DNA from: Candidatus Polarisedimenticolia bacterium
Lineage (GTDB): Bacteria; Acidobacteriota; Polarisedimenticolia; Gp22-AA2
NCBI GenBank assembly: GCA_036001465.1
Contig: DASYUH010000040.1
Coordinates: 11,466-75,465, forward strand
Direction: 5' to 3'
Length of the DNA stretch: 64,000 nt
Part shown: positions 50,763-62,918 of the stretch, piece by piece
How the letters are laid out: every line of letters starts with the position of its first letter
How positions within the stretch are numbered: position 1 is the first letter of the stretch
Notes under the pieces: generated by a model
What the model saw: only the letters and a program-made list of their open reading frames with translations
Databases searched by the model: none
Told to the model about the DNA's origin: nothing
Translations under genes and position numbers: made by a program

Positions 50763-51163
50763 CGCACCGCCTCCCGCTCCGCCCGGGCCGCCTCCCGGTG
50801 GCGCCTCAGGGCCTCCCGGATCGCCTGCTCCGCCAGGACCGAGCACTGGATTTTCGATGCCGGCAGGCCTCCCAGCGCCTCGACCACATCGTGGTTGGTC
50901 AGGCGCGCGGCGTCCTCGACGCTGCGGCCCCGGAGGAGCGTCGTCGCCATGCTGCCCGAGGCGATCGCCGCGGTGCAACCGAAGCTCTTGAAGCGGGCCT
51001 CGACCACGATCTCCTTCTCGATCCGGAGGCTGATCCTGAGGACGTCGCCCGTCTCCGGGTCGCCGACCTGGGCCACCGCGGAGGTTCCATGGATCTCGCC
51101 GACATGACGCGGGTTCCGGGCGTGGTCCATGACCGTGTCGCTGTACCTGAGCGGTTCATCCAT
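50753..51163 (-). CDS. NifU/IscU-type Fe-S cluster assembly scaffold
   Basis: [32 protein letters not shown]. Confidence 0.85.
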   Translation of the reverse strand: MDEPLRYSDTVMDHARNPRHVGEIHGTSAVAQVGDPETGDVLRISLRIEKEIVVEARFKSFGCTAAIASGSMATTLLRGRSVEDAARLTNHDVVEALGGLPASKIQCSVLAEQAIREALRRHREAARAEREAVRCH

Positions 51164-51180
51164 CGGTTCGCCGGCGCCCC

Positions 51181-51217
51181 CTGGAAGCCTGTCCGAGCAT
51201 TCGACCGGGCCGCCCGC
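51181..51217 (-). repeat. Copy C (variant) of the dispersed element, 17 nt upstream of the NifU-like start
   Basis: Minus strand reads CGGGCGGCCCGGTCGAATGCTCGGACAGGCTTCCAG. Confidence 0.5.
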
Positions 51218-51275
51218 CCGTCATGGAACCGGTCGGCAGGCGGCCTCATCATCGTAGGGGGGACGGCGATCGCTG

Positions 51276-52151
51276 TCAAGGCAACGCCTGCGGCGCCTCC
51301 GCGGCGATCGCCTCGAGCGCCAGGCGGGCGGTGGCGCGGATCTCGTCCCCCTGCCCCGAATCAGCCGCGCGTTTCAGCGCGGCGCGGGCGGCATCGTCCT
51401 TGAGCAGGGCCAGCGCCCGGATGGCATTGAGGCGCGCCGAGGTGTCGACCGGCTCCCCCGCGCCGGACCCGCCCCCCTCGAGGATGCCGATCAGCACCGA
51501 CTCGCCCGAGCCGTCCCCCAGGCGGGCCAGGGACAGCGCCGCGTTCCAGCGCACGCTCAGGGTCGCGTCGCGCAGGGCCGACCTCAGGGCGTCCGCCCCT
51601 TCATGGTCCCCCAGCTCTCCCAGCGCGAAGACGGCCATGGTGCGGACGCCCTCGTCCCGGTCCCCCACCGCCGCCCGAAGATCCGGGAGGGACGACCGGT
51701 CGCCGACCTGCATCAGGCCCCAGGCGCAGAAGAGTCGCGTTGCGCCGTCCGGATCCTGCAGCCCCTCCTTGAGGGCCGGGCCCGCGCGCGCGTCGCCGGA
51801 CCGCCCGAGGGCCAGGGCCAGATAGCGGCGCAGCTTCGGGTCCTCGCCGGCCTCCCGGAAGGCCGCGGCCAGCTCCGGCGCCAGGGCCGCCCCCCCGTCG
51901 GCCGTTCCGGAGCGCACCGCGAGGGAGAGGTCGTATCCCGACTGCCAGCGCTTCGGATCGCCGGCCCACGGCAGGAGGAACCGCGACGGGCCCTTCAGGT
52001 GCTCGAGCGTCGCCCGCGGGTCGGGATGGCGGGTGCGCAGGACCTGGAGCCCGAAAAAGACGCTGACCAGGACCGCGACGAGACCGAGCGGCACGATGAA
52101 AAACTGCAGCACGACCTTCCAATCGCTCTTCTCGTCCCGGTCCGTCGTCAT
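51276..52151 (-). CDS. Membrane-anchored HEAT-repeat (PBS-lyase-like) protein
   Basis: N-terminal TM helix, then repeated LG/ALG...AxxAL HEAT-like units. Confidence 0.6.
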   Translation of the reverse strand: MTTDRDEKSDWKVVLQFFIVPLGLVAVLVSVFFGLQVLRTRHPDPRATLEHLKGPSRFLLPWAGDPKRWQSGYDLSLAVRSGTADGGAALAPELAAAFREAGEDPKLRRYLALALGRSGDARAGPALKEGLQDPDGATRLFCAWGLMQVGDRSSLPDLRAAVGDRDEGVRTMAVFALGELGDHEGADALRSALRDATLSVRWNAALSLARLGDGSGESVLIGILEGGGSGAGEPVDTSARLNAIRALALLKDDAARAALKRAADSGQGDEIRATARLALEAIAAEAPQALP

Positions 52152-52158
52152 GCGGTCC

Positions 52159-52620
52159 TCAGGCGGTCCGCGGGCGGCGGTCCACCGCCTCCTGGATGTG
52201 GATGTCGAAGGGGCCGTGCTCCGGGTTCCGGCGGAACCCCCGGTGGATCGTGCCGCAGCCGTAGCACAGGGTCGCGTCCCCGAGAGCGACATAGAGCGCG
52301 AGGTCGATGATCGTGGCGGCGAGCAGGCTCAATCCCCAGGTCGGGATGCTCAGGGCCGCGGCCACGATGAACACCCAGAGTCCCGTCTTCTTGTTGAAAT
52401 CCTTCTGCACGTACAGCCGGGCGAGCCCGCAGCGCACGCAGCGGGACAGGAGCCGCGTGTCGAGCCCCGCCCCGGTGGCGTCCAGGTCGTGCGCGCGCCC
52501 GCACCCGGGACAGGCGACCCGCGCCAACGGCGCATCCAGCGGATGGACGAGCTCCCGCTCGCAGCCGTCGCAGAGAAACGCCGCGCTCGGCGGCCGGGCG
52601 CCCCGCGCGTCCCGCTTCAC
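52159..52620 (-). CDS. Zinc-ribbon + two-TM membrane protein (hypothetical)
   Basis: CDGC...CPGC and CVRCG...CYGCG Cys pairs flanking two TM helices. GTGA overlap with the upstream gene. Confidence 0.45.
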   Translation of the reverse strand: MKRDARGARPPSAAFLCDGCERELVHPLDAPLARVACPGCGRAHDLDATGAGLDTRLLSRCVRCGLARLYVQKDFNKKTGLWVFIVAAALSIPTWGLSLLAATIIDLALYVALGDATLCYGCGTIHRGFRRNPEHGPFDIHIQEAVDRRPRTA

Positions 52621-53408
52621 ATCGGTCCCGCGCCGGCCACCGTCAGGTAGCGGGCCAGGAACTCGCCGTACATCACGAAGATCACGGCGATGTAGAGGAT
52701 CCCCGTCGCCGACTGCGTCGAGCGCATGCGCGCCGTCTCGTGCACCATGAAGGCGAACACCCCCGGCCCCAGAATCCCGAAGAGGATCCTCTGCCAGAAG
52801 AAGAATCCCCGATCGATCGCGGCGGCCCTCAGGTACGACCCCATCCCGAGCTCCGATTGCGCGCCGGCGCCGATCAGGCCGGCCGCGAAGAGCACCGCCC
52901 GCCCGAGAACCGCCGCGGCGAAGAAGCGGGCGAACACCACCAGGTGCGACACGTCCAGGCGGGTCCGGACCAGGTACCAGTGGCCCAGGAGCATCCCCAC
53001 GATCACCGAGCCGAGGAGGGCCGAGGCGCAGACCGCGTTGACTCCGAAGGCCCACGACGGTCCCGGGGCGCCCGCACCGGCGCGGCCGTCCGCCGCGACG
53101 GTCGCGAGCGCCACGGCCGCGGTCGTCACCAGGAGTCCCCGCGAGGAGCGGCCCCCGCGCAGCGCCAGCAGCGCCGCCACGTAGGCCATCACCAGGACCA
53201 TGGCGAGGAGGGCCAGGATCGACGCGGCGGACCACACCCCCTGCGAGGAGAACCGGTACGGGGCCGCGAGGCAGAGAAGAAGGAACGCCAGGCTGGCGTT
53301 CAGGATGAAGAAGAAGCGTCCGAGCTCGCCGAAGGGAGCGAGCGGGAGCGCCGCCAGGATGCCGGCGGCGGCGCAGGTGAACAGACCGATCGCGATCGCC
53401 GCCGCCAC
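52617..53408 (-). CDS. Polytopic integral membrane protein (hypothetical)
   Basis: About 8 TM helices. No recognised family. Confidence 0.5.
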   Translation of the reverse strand: MAAAIAIGLFTCAAAGILAALPLAPFGELGRFFFILNASLAFLLLCLAAPYRFSSQGVWSAASILALLAMVLVMAYVAALLALRGGRSSRGLLVTTAAVALATVAADGRAGAGAPGPSWAFGVNAVCASALLGSVIVGMLLGHWYLVRTRLDVSHLVVFARFFAAAVLGRAVLFAAGLIGAGAQSELGMGSYLRAAAIDRGFFFWQRILFGILGPGVFAFMVHETARMRSTQSATGILYIAVIFVMYGEFLARYLTVAGAGPM

Positions 53409-53465
53409 GTGCCCGCCCCTCCGGAGCGCGAAAGAATAGCACAGCCCAGGAAGCGCCCCGGAGAC

Positions 53466-54491
53466 TTACCCGCCGATCTGCCACATCTTTCGCGGGAGCC
53501 GTTCCTGGTAGTACTGGTGGAGGTCCAGGCACCCGCCCGCCTCCTTGCCGCGAACCGCCGTGCGGAGGGCGAGGGCGATCTCGGAGTCGGTGCCGCCTCC
53601 GCGCAGCAGGGCGGCAAGGTCGGTCTCGGTGCGGGAGAAGAGGCAGGTGCGAATCTTGCCGTCGGAGGTCAGCCGGATCCGGTCGCAGTCGCCGCAGAAC
53701 GGCTCGGTGACCGGGTTGATGAATCCGATGTCCCCTGCGCCTCCGGCGAGGCGGAACACGTTGGCCGGTGACGACGGGCGATCGCGGCCCACCGGCACGA
53801 GCGGGTGGATCGCCTCGACGCGACGCCGGACCTCGCTGCCCGGGACCAGACGTTCCGTTTCGAACGGCTCCCCTCCGCCCAGAGGCATCATCTCGATGAA
53901 ACGCACCTGGTAGGGACGGCGCCACGCCCAGTCGACGAAACGCGGAATCTGGTCGTCGTTGATCCCGCGCAGAAGAACGATGTTGATCTTGATCGGCACG
54001 GCGCGGAACCGCTCGAGCTCGACGAGCCCCTCGAGGACCATGTCGAGGCTGTTCCGCCGGCTGACCGCGGCGAACCCGGCCGGATCCAGGGAGTCGATGT
54101 GGACGTTGAACCGGCCGACCCCGGCCTGAAGGAGCGGTTCCGCCAGCTCCTTGAGCAGGAGGCCGTTGGTGGTGATCGCCAGGTCTTCGATTCCATCGAT
54201 CCCCGCGATCCGGCGCGCCAGGACCGGCAGGTCGCGGCGCATCAGCGGCTCCCCTCCGGTCAGCCGGATCTCGCGGACCCCGAGCGTGGCGAGGATGCGC
54301 GCCACGCGCTCGATCTCCTCGAAGGTCAGGATGCGGTCCTTCTCGAACCAGGCGATGGGTCCCGCGGGCATGCAGTAGAGGCAGCGCAGGTTGCAGCGAT
54401 CGGTCACGGAGATGCGCAGGCTGCGGACGACGCGCGCGAAACGGTCGACGAGCGGACCGCGCAGGTCGGGGCTGTCCACGGTGGCCGTCAT
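53466..54491 (-). CDS. moaA: GTP 3',8-cyclase (molybdenum cofactor biosynthesis protein A)
   Basis: Radical-SAM CNLRCLYC and C-terminal CGDCDRIRLTSDGKIRTC cluster. Confidence 0.9.
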   Translation of the reverse strand: MTATVDSPDLRGPLVDRFARVVRSLRISVTDRCNLRCLYCMPAGPIAWFEKDRILTFEEIERVARILATLGVREIRLTGGEPLMRRDLPVLARRIAGIDGIEDLAITTNGLLLKELAEPLLQAGVGRFNVHIDSLDPAGFAAVSRRNSLDMVLEGLVELERFRAVPIKINIVLLRGINDDQIPRFVDWAWRRPYQVRFIEMMPLGGGEPFETERLVPGSEVRRRVEAIHPLVPVGRDRPSSPANVFRLAGGAGDIGFINPVTEPFCGDCDRIRLTSDGKIRTCLFSRTETDLAALLRGGGTDSEIALALRTAVRGKEAGGCLDLHQYYQERLPRKMWQIGG

Positions 54492-54530
54492 GCCTGGATT
54501 ATAGCCGGATCCGTCCCGGGACGCCGTCGT

Positions 54531-54881
54531 TCATGCCGGCTCCCCGGACGGTTCCGGAGCCTCGCCTTCCGGCACTGCCGGCTCCTTCTTCTTGAAGAGC
54601 AGGCGCTCGACCACCCGTCCATGGACGAGATGATCGCGGACGATTTCCGCGACGTCCTGGGGGCCCACGCCGCTGTAGACGACGCCGTCCGGGTAGATGA
54701 TGACATTCGGACCGTAGCTGCACAGTCCGAAACAGAGACATGGCGTGTCCTTGACGGAGGCCGGCAGGGCCTGACGGACGAACTGCTTGCGGAACTCCTG
54801 CCGGATGCGCTCGGAGTGGCGCTCCCCCCCGCAGCGCGGTCCGGTGCAGATCAGGACGTGCAGCTTGAAGGGAAGGTTCAC
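54531..54881 (-). CDS. Thioredoxin-like [2Fe-2S] ferredoxin
   Basis: CTGPRCGG...CLCFGLCSYGP pattern. Confidence 0.7.
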   Translation of the reverse strand: MNLPFKLHVLICTGPRCGGERHSERIRQEFRKQFVRQALPASVKDTPCLCFGLCSYGPNVIIYPDGVVYSGVGPQDVAEIVRDHLVHGRVVERLLFKKKEPAVPEGEAPEPSGEPA

Positions 54882-54887
54882 ACGATC

Positions 54888-55352
54888 CTATTCCACTTCC
54901 AGAATCGCCTGCAGCTCCAGGCAGGCGTTCTGGGGCAGCTCGGAAACGCCCAGGCTGAGGCGGGTGTGCTTGCCGCGCTCGCCGAACACCTTCACGAACA
55001 CCTCCGAGGCTCCCTCGATGACGTCGAACGCATCGAGGAACCCCGGCGCCGCCGCGACGTGGCCGACGATCTGGACCACCCGCTTGATCCGATCCAGGTC
55101 CTCGACCGACTGCTTGGCGGTCGCGAGGACGCTCAGCCCTGCGAGGCGCGCGGCCTCTTTCCCCTGCTCGACCGTGACCTCGCGTCCGATCTTCCCGGGA
55201 TACTTGAGGCGGCCGTTCTCCTTCGGGAGCTTGCCCGAGATGAACAGCAGATTGCCGGACCTGACACTCTGGACATAGTTCCCGAGAGGCTTGCCGACCT
55301 CCGGGAGGCGGTACCCGAGCGCTTCGAGGCTCTTTTCGACTTCTCCAGGCAT
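54888..55352 (-). CDS. ridA: RidA/YjgF family reactive-intermediate deaminase
   Basis: YjgF-family motifs. Start at MPGEVEKS. Confidence 0.75.
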   Translation of the reverse strand: MPGEVEKSLEALGYRLPEVGKPLGNYVQSVRSGNLLFISGKLPKENGRLKYPGKIGREVTVEQGKEAARLAGLSVLATAKQSVEDLDRIKRVVQIVGHVAAAPGFLDAFDVIEGASEVFVKVFGERGKHTRLSLGVSELPQNACLELQAILEVE

Positions 55353-55555
55353 CCGAGACCCCTCCTGCCGGCGAGTTGGACGTCGCGCGCTCCCACCGGC
55401 GCCCGCGACCAATCGTGCTGCCGCTCATTATTAGCCTTGCGGGGTGCGCTGTCCAGAGATTTCGCGCGACGACGCCCGCGGGAAATTTCCTTTTGACTTG
55501 GCCGCGCGGCGTGCGCTAACATCCGTTGATGCAGCAGTCCACGCCCAAGGCGGCA

Positions 55556-57920
<2,365 letters not shown>

Positions 57921-57945
57921 CCCCGGTCCGGCGCGGACGCGGCGG

Positions 57946-58761
57946 GTGGCGATCGCTCCCGATCTGGCGATCGGCGGCGGCGCTCCTCTGGCCTTCATCG
58001 CCGGCCCCTGCGTGATCGAGAGCGAGCGGCACGTTCTCGCGATGGCCCGCGCCCTCGCCGGGGCCGCCGCCGAGGCCGGTGTCCCGTTCATCTTCAAGTC
58101 GTCCTTCGACAAGGCGAACCGCAGCTCGGCGGAGTCCTTCCGCGGCCCGGGCCTGCGGGAGGGACTGCGCATCTTGATGCGGGTCAAGTCGGAGGTGGCC
58201 GTGCCCGTGCTGTCGGACATTCACGAGCCTGGACAGGCCGAGGCGGCCGCCGAGGTCCTCGACATCCTGCAGATTCCGGCGTTTCTCTGCCGCCAAACTG
58301 ATCTGTTGACCGCCGCCGGACGGACGGGCCGGCCGGTGAACATCAAGAAGGGGCAGTTCCTCTCCCCGTGGGAGATGCAGAACGCCGTCGACAAGGTGCG
58401 ATCGGCGGGGAACGAGCGGGTCCTGGTCACAGAACGAGGCTCGTCGTTCGGCTACCAGAACCTGGTCGTCGATTTCCGGTCGCTCGCGGTGATGAAGGAG
58501 ATCGGCTGCCCCGTCATCATGGACGCCACGCATTCCGTCCAGCACCCTGGTGGCCTGGGGGACCGGAGCGGCGGCGACGCGCGGTTCATCCCCTTCCTGG
58601 CCCGGGCCGCGGCCGCCGTGGGGATCGACGCCCTGTTCTGCGAGGTGCACGACGACCCTGGTGCGGCGAAGAGCGACGGGCCCAATTCGCTTCCCCTCGA
58701 CGCGGTCGTTCCGCTCCTGCGCCAGGTCATCGCGATCGACGCCGTGGTGCGGAGCGCCTGA
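57946..58761 (+). CDS. kdsA: 2-dehydro-3-deoxyphosphooctonate aldolase
   Basis: [26 protein letters not shown] at 57946 avoids overlap with pyrG; the maximal ORF starts at 57886. Confidence 0.9.
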   Translation: MAIAPDLAIGGGAPLAFIAGPCVIESERHVLAMARALAGAAAEAGVPFIFKSSFDKANRSSAESFRGPGLREGLRILMRVKSEVAVPVLSDIHEPGQAEAAAEVLDILQIPAFLCRQTDLLTAAGRTGRPVNIKKGQFLSPWEMQNAVDKVRSAGNERVLVTERGSSFGYQNLVVDFRSLAVMKEIGCPVIMDATHSVQHPGGLGDRSGGDARFIPFLARAAAAVGIDALFCEVHDDPGAAKSDGPNSLPLDAVVPLLRQVIAIDAVVRSA

Positions 58762-59717
58762 TGCCGCACGAGATCGCCCGCCGGGTGCTCGAGCTGGAGG
58801 CGCGCGCCATCCTGAACCTGGTTCCGCGGCTGGGCGAGTCGTTCGGCCGCGCGGTGGATCTTCTGCACGCCTGCAAGGGTCGGGTGGTGGTGACGGGAAT
58901 GGGCAAGTCGGGCCTGATCGGAACCAAGATCGCCGCGACCTTCAGCAGCACGGGAACGCCGTCCCTGTTCCTGCATCCGGCCGAGGCGGTGCACGGGGAC
59001 ATCGGCATGGTGGTCCCTGGAGACGTCGTCCTGGCGATATCCCAGAGCGGCGAGACCGCGGAGCTCCTGCGCCTCCTTGAGCTGATCAAGCGCCTGGACG
59101 TGGGCCTGATCTCGCTCACCGGCGATCCGGAGTCCACCCTGGCCCGCCACTCGCGCGTCGTTCTGGACGTCCGGATCGACGAGGAGGCTTCGCCCCTCGG
59201 CCTGGTGCCCACGGCCAGCACCACCGCCGCCCTGGCGCTGGGCGACGCGCTCGCGATGGCGCTCCTCGAGAAGCGCGGCTTCACCCTGGACGAGTTCGCC
59301 CGCTACCACCCGGGCGGCCGGATCGGCAAGAAGGTCGTGACCGTCGCCCACCTCATGCACAAGGGGACCGAGGCCCCGCTGGTCCGGGTCGGCTCCCCGA
59401 TGCGCGACGCCATCCGGACAATGAGCGACCGAAAGCTCGGAATGACCTGCGTCGTGCGGGAGGACGGCACGCTTGCGGGGGTGATCACGGACGGGGACCT
59501 GAGGCGCCACCTCGGGCAGGGGGACAACCTCCTGGCGACGACGGTGGACAGGGTGATGACCAGCGACCCGGCCACCATCCCGGCGCAGGAGCTCGCCGCC
59601 GCCGCGCTCCGCGTCATGGAGACCCGGAAGATCACCTCCCTGGTCGTGGTAGACGACGCACGGCGCGTCCTGGGTGTCCTGCACATCCACGACCTCTGGC
59701 GCACCCAGTTGTTCTAG
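58761..59717 (+). CDS. kdsD: Arabinose-5-phosphate isomerase (SIS + CBS)
   Basis: SIS domain (VVVTGMGKSG) and tandem CBS domains. TGATG overlap with kdsA. Confidence 0.9.
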   Translation: MPHEIARRVLELEARAILNLVPRLGESFGRAVDLLHACKGRVVVTGMGKSGLIGTKIAATFSSTGTPSLFLHPAEAVHGDIGMVVPGDVVLAISQSGETAELLRLLELIKRLDVGLISLTGDPESTLARHSRVVLDVRIDEEASPLGLVPTASTTAALALGDALAMALLEKRGFTLDEFARYHPGGRIGKKVVTVAHLMHKGTEAPLVRVGSPMRDAIRTMSDRKLGMTCVVREDGTLAGVITDGDLRRHLGQGDNLLATTVDRVMTSDPATIPAQELAAAALRVMETRKITSLVVVDDARRVLGVLHIHDLWRTQLF

Positions 59718-59735
59718 GAGCCTGCTCCTAGACGT
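59718..59735. repeat. Perfect palindrome CTAGGAGC-CT-GCTCCTAG related to the dispersed element, 15 nt upstream of the kdsC ATG
   Basis: Arms are identical to the element core. Followed by a GGAGG SD and the ATG at 59751. Confidence 0.5.
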
Positions 59736-59750
59736 CCCCGGAGGAACCTG

Positions 59751-60338
59751 ATGAAGTGCCGACTGCCTCTCGGCCCGCGGGCGCGCAAGGTGGCCATCAT
59801 CCTGATGGACGTCGACGGCGTGCTCACCGACGGGGGCCTCTCGTTCATCGAGGGAGGCTCCGAAGCCAAGACCTACGACGTCAAGGATGGAGTCGGGCTC
59901 TGGATCGCGAGGCGCGCGGGCCTGCGGACCGGGATCATCTCCGGAAGGGGCGGCGCCTCGGTGGTGCGGCGCGCCGAGGAGCTGCGCCTGGACGAAATCC
60001 ACCTCAAGGTCACCGACAAGCTGCAGGCCTACCAGCGCATTCTGAAGAGGCAGAAGCTGTCGGACGAGGAGGCCTGCTACCTGGGAGACGACCTCACCGA
60101 CCTGGCGGTCCTGGGGCGCGCCGGCATGCCGGTCGCCGTGGCCGACGCGCACTCCGACGTGATCCGGCGCGTTCCCTTCGTCACGCGCGCTCCCGGGGGC
60201 CGCGGCGCGGTGCGCGAAGTCGTCGACGCGATCCTCAAGGCGCAGGGACGATGGCGGGAAGTCCTTGGCTGGTTCGATCCTTCGCTGCGCGGCGGAAGGC
60301 GCCCGCGGCGCGACACCCCGCTCGAGGTGCGACGATGA
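59751..60338 (+). CDS. kdsC: Kdo-8-phosphate phosphatase (HAD superfamily)
   Basis: HAD motif I ILMDVDGVLTDG and KdsC-like length. Confidence 0.85.
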   Translation: MKCRLPLGPRARKVAIILMDVDGVLTDGGLSFIEGGSEAKTYDVKDGVGLWIARRAGLRTGIISGRGGASVVRRAEELRLDEIHLKVTDKLQAYQRILKRQKLSDEEACYLGDDLTDLAVLGRAGMPVAVADAHSDVIRRVPFVTRAPGGRGAVREVVDAILKAQGRWREVLGWFDPSLRGGRRPRRDTPLEVRR

Positions 60339-60688
60339 ACATCCTGGTCTACCTGATCGTGTTCTTCTTCTTCATCGTGCTGTTCGTGGTGGGCGTGTAC
60401 AACGGCGCCGACGTGACCGTCAACCTGGTGTTCTGGCAGGTCGGACCCGTCCCCATGGGGGCCGTGGTGGCGGCTGCCGCCATCTTCGGCGTGGCGTTCG
60501 CCTGCACCATCGGGGTCATCGACGGCATCAAGATCCGGATCACCAACCGTCTGCTTCGCAAGCAGATGAGGCGCCTCGAGGAGGAGGCCGACTCGCTGCG
60601 CCTGCGGCTGGCCCGGCGCGAGGGCGCCGACAGCAGTCCGTCCGCCGCCGAAGGCCCGACCGCCTCCTGGGCCGAACCCCGGGCCTAG
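60335..60688 (+). CDS. lapA: LapA-family (DUF1049) inner-membrane LPS assembly protein
   Basis: Two TM helices followed by a coiled-coil/charged C-terminus. ATGA overlap with kdsC. Confidence 0.6.
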   Translation: MNILVYLIVFFFFIVLFVVGVYNGADVTVNLVFWQVGPVPMGAVVAAAAIFGVAFACTIGVIDGIKIRITNRLLRKQMRRLEEEADSLRLRLARREGADSSPSAAEGPTASWAEPRA

Positions 60689-60736
60689 GAATTCCACACC
60701 GGGCCGGGTCGTTCCGGGCCTTGCCGCGTGTCTCGC

Positions 60737-61480
60737 CTATTTCTTCTTGACGAAACCGTCCGAGCCGCCGCCGGAAGGCCCCGCGGGGGGCCCTTCGAGG
60801 GGAGGGACCGGATTGTCCATCAGCTTGGCAGCGCTGTCGAGCAGGAACCCCGTCTCGAACCGCTTCGTCACCGGCCCGCGCGGGGTGCGGAAGGTGATCA
60901 CGGCCGTCGTCCCATCCAGCGTGATGGCGGGCGTCCGGCTGTCGACCCCCTCGTCGCTGACGCGGAGCGGCGGCGTCCAGACGCCGCTCATCAGGGTGCT
61001 GAAGTAGACCGTCGCGGTCTGCTCGGCGCGCGCCCAGACGAGGTAGGGCGTCCCGAAGCCGTCGAACGCGAGCGCCGGCGTGATATCGCCCCAGATCAAC
61101 GGCATTCCGGCAACGATCGGACGCGGGTCCGTCCATCTCTTCCCGCTCGCGTCCCAGGTCGAGTACACCAGTTGCGTGAGGTTGCCGAAGTTCTTCGGCC
61201 ACACCACCCACGGGAGGCCGGTCACCGGCGAGAGCTGGATGACCGGGGGCAGGTCGCCCAGATTGTCCCCCAGCGGGTTGAGCACGGTATTGGGGAACAG
61301 GCGCGGACGCATCTGTCCCCAGACGACGTAGGTCCGGCCGTGCGCGCCGGTCAGGTAGACGACGCGCTTGAAGTCACCGTGCCCATTGAACTGCACGCTC
61401 ACCTCAGCGAGCGCCAGGGAAGGGACGATCACCAGGGCGGCCACGAGGACCAGCGGGCGAATGACGTGCGGCCTGTTCAT
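60737..61480 (-). CDS. Hypothetical secreted protein
   Basis: Signal peptide MNRPHVIRPLVLVAALVIVPSLALA. Trp/Gly-rich repeats suggest a beta-rich fold. Confidence 0.45.
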   Translation of the reverse strand: MNRPHVIRPLVLVAALVIVPSLALAEVSVQFNGHGDFKRVVYLTGAHGRTYVVWGQMRPRLFPNTVLNPLGDNLGDLPPVIQLSPVTGLPWVVWPKNFGNLTQLVYSTWDASGKRWTDPRPIVAGMPLIWGDITPALAFDGFGTPYLVWARAEQTATVYFSTLMSGVWTPPLRVSDEGVDSRTPAITLDGTTAVITFRTPRGPVTKRFETGFLLDSAAKLMDNPVPPLEGPPAGPSGGGSDGFVKKK

Positions 61481-61484
61481 GGTG

Positions 61485-62663
61485 TCACCTGCCCTTTCCC
61501 TGTTCGATGAACTGATCGAACTTTTCCACTTCAAGGAAGTGCCGGTCCAGCTGCGACCGCAGGAACTTCAAGCGACCGAAGTAGACCTTCTCCTGGACCT
61601 GGTTTCCGGAGATCCTCGCCATCTCCCACAGGTGATAGGCGGTCTGGAAGAGGATGTCGACGAACCTCTCCTCTCCCCCGTGGGCCATGAGCTCGGCTTC
61701 CTCGAAGAAGTCGCGGGCCTTCACCATGTCCTGCCTGGCGTAGTGGATCTGGCCCAGGTACAGAAGGGCGTAGGTGGAGCAGCGGCGGAAACCCTCCTTG
61801 CCGGCCACCTGCAGCGCCTCCCGGAGCTCGCGCACGCCCCGGTCCACCTTGCCGAGCATGGCCTGACAAAAGCCGATGTTGATCCGGATGAGGGTCAGGT
61901 CGTACTTGCCCGCCGTGCTCTCGAGGAGGGCCCGCGCACCTCGGAAGCCCTCGAGCGCCTTGTCGAACTCGCCATCCAGGAAGTGCAGGCGCCCGATGCG
62001 GTGGAGCGCGTACCCTTCGTACTCGACGTTGGCCGATTCACGCGCCAGAGCCAGGGCCTTTTCCGACTCGAGGAGGGCCAGGTACCGGTCCCCCTTGTCT
62101 TCGTGCGCGTCCGCCAGGGCCCCGAGAACGGCCACCTGCGTGGTCGGCGAGATGTCCCGATGGCGCCTGAGGATGAGGCGGAGCTCCGTTTCGGCCAGGC
62201 TGATCTTGCCCATCCGAAGGAGCGTCCTCGCCAGATTGAAGCGGGCCCGGGCCAGGGTCTCCTGGTCGACGGCCCCTTCGGCCCCGTCCTCGAGCCGTGC
62301 CAGGGCGGTCTCGTAAATGGCATAGGCGCGCGCGTAGTTCCCCTGGTCCCACTCGCGGCCGGCCTCCGTCTTGATGTCCTCGTAGGTCGCCGGCTCGGCG
62401 GGCTCGTAGGCATCGACCCGCTCAAGATCCAGAACGTCCGAGAAGTTCTGGATCGGCACGTTGAAGATGTTGGCGAGCAGGCAGAGCTTGTCGAAGGAGG
62501 GATAGCATTTGCCGCGCTCGTAGCGGGACAGCTGGGAGTTGTCGATCTCGCCGCCACCTGTCTTCGCCTTGTCCTCGACCCGGCGGAGGGAGAGCCCGTA
62601 ACCGACCCGCAGCCGGCGCAGATAATTCCCCAGCCGGGTGCTTCCTCGCAGCTCCTGTTCCAT
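61485..62663 (-). CDS. HTH-XRE (Cro/C1-type) + TPR-repeat transcriptional regulator
   Basis: N-terminal HTH (LGNYLRRLRVGYGLSLRRVE...LSRYERG) and C-terminal TPR-like repeats. ATG at 62663. Confidence 0.7.
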   Translation of the reverse strand: MEQELRGSTRLGNYLRRLRVGYGLSLRRVEDKAKTGGGEIDNSQLSRYERGKCYPSFDKLCLLANIFNVPIQNFSDVLDLERVDAYEPAEPATYEDIKTEAGREWDQGNYARAYAIYETALARLEDGAEGAVDQETLARARFNLARTLLRMGKISLAETELRLILRRHRDISPTTQVAVLGALADAHEDKGDRYLALLESEKALALARESANVEYEGYALHRIGRLHFLDGEFDKALEGFRGARALLESTAGKYDLTLIRINIGFCQAMLGKVDRGVRELREALQVAGKEGFRRCSTYALLYLGQIHYARQDMVKARDFFEEAELMAHGGEERFVDILFQTAYHLWEMARISGNQVQEKVYFGRLKFLRSQLDRHFLEVEKFDQFIEQGKGR

Positions 62664-62918
62664 CTCCGGAATCTCCCTCAACCTACCCCGGCGCTGAGCG
62701 CGGCCCGAAAGGTACGGGGAACCGCCGGTTGCTGCAATGGTGGCCTGACATAAATGACCTGTCAAGAAACTTTTGTAATTCCGTTGCGGTCAGACTGCAG
62801 CATGGAATAACCCATGTCCCTGCAATACATAAAGGCAGTGTACCGCGAAACCCCCCGCCGGGCAACTGCTTGACAAAGTTTCGTCCCTCCCCTACCTTGC
62901 CGGGATGATAGGGGCCTG

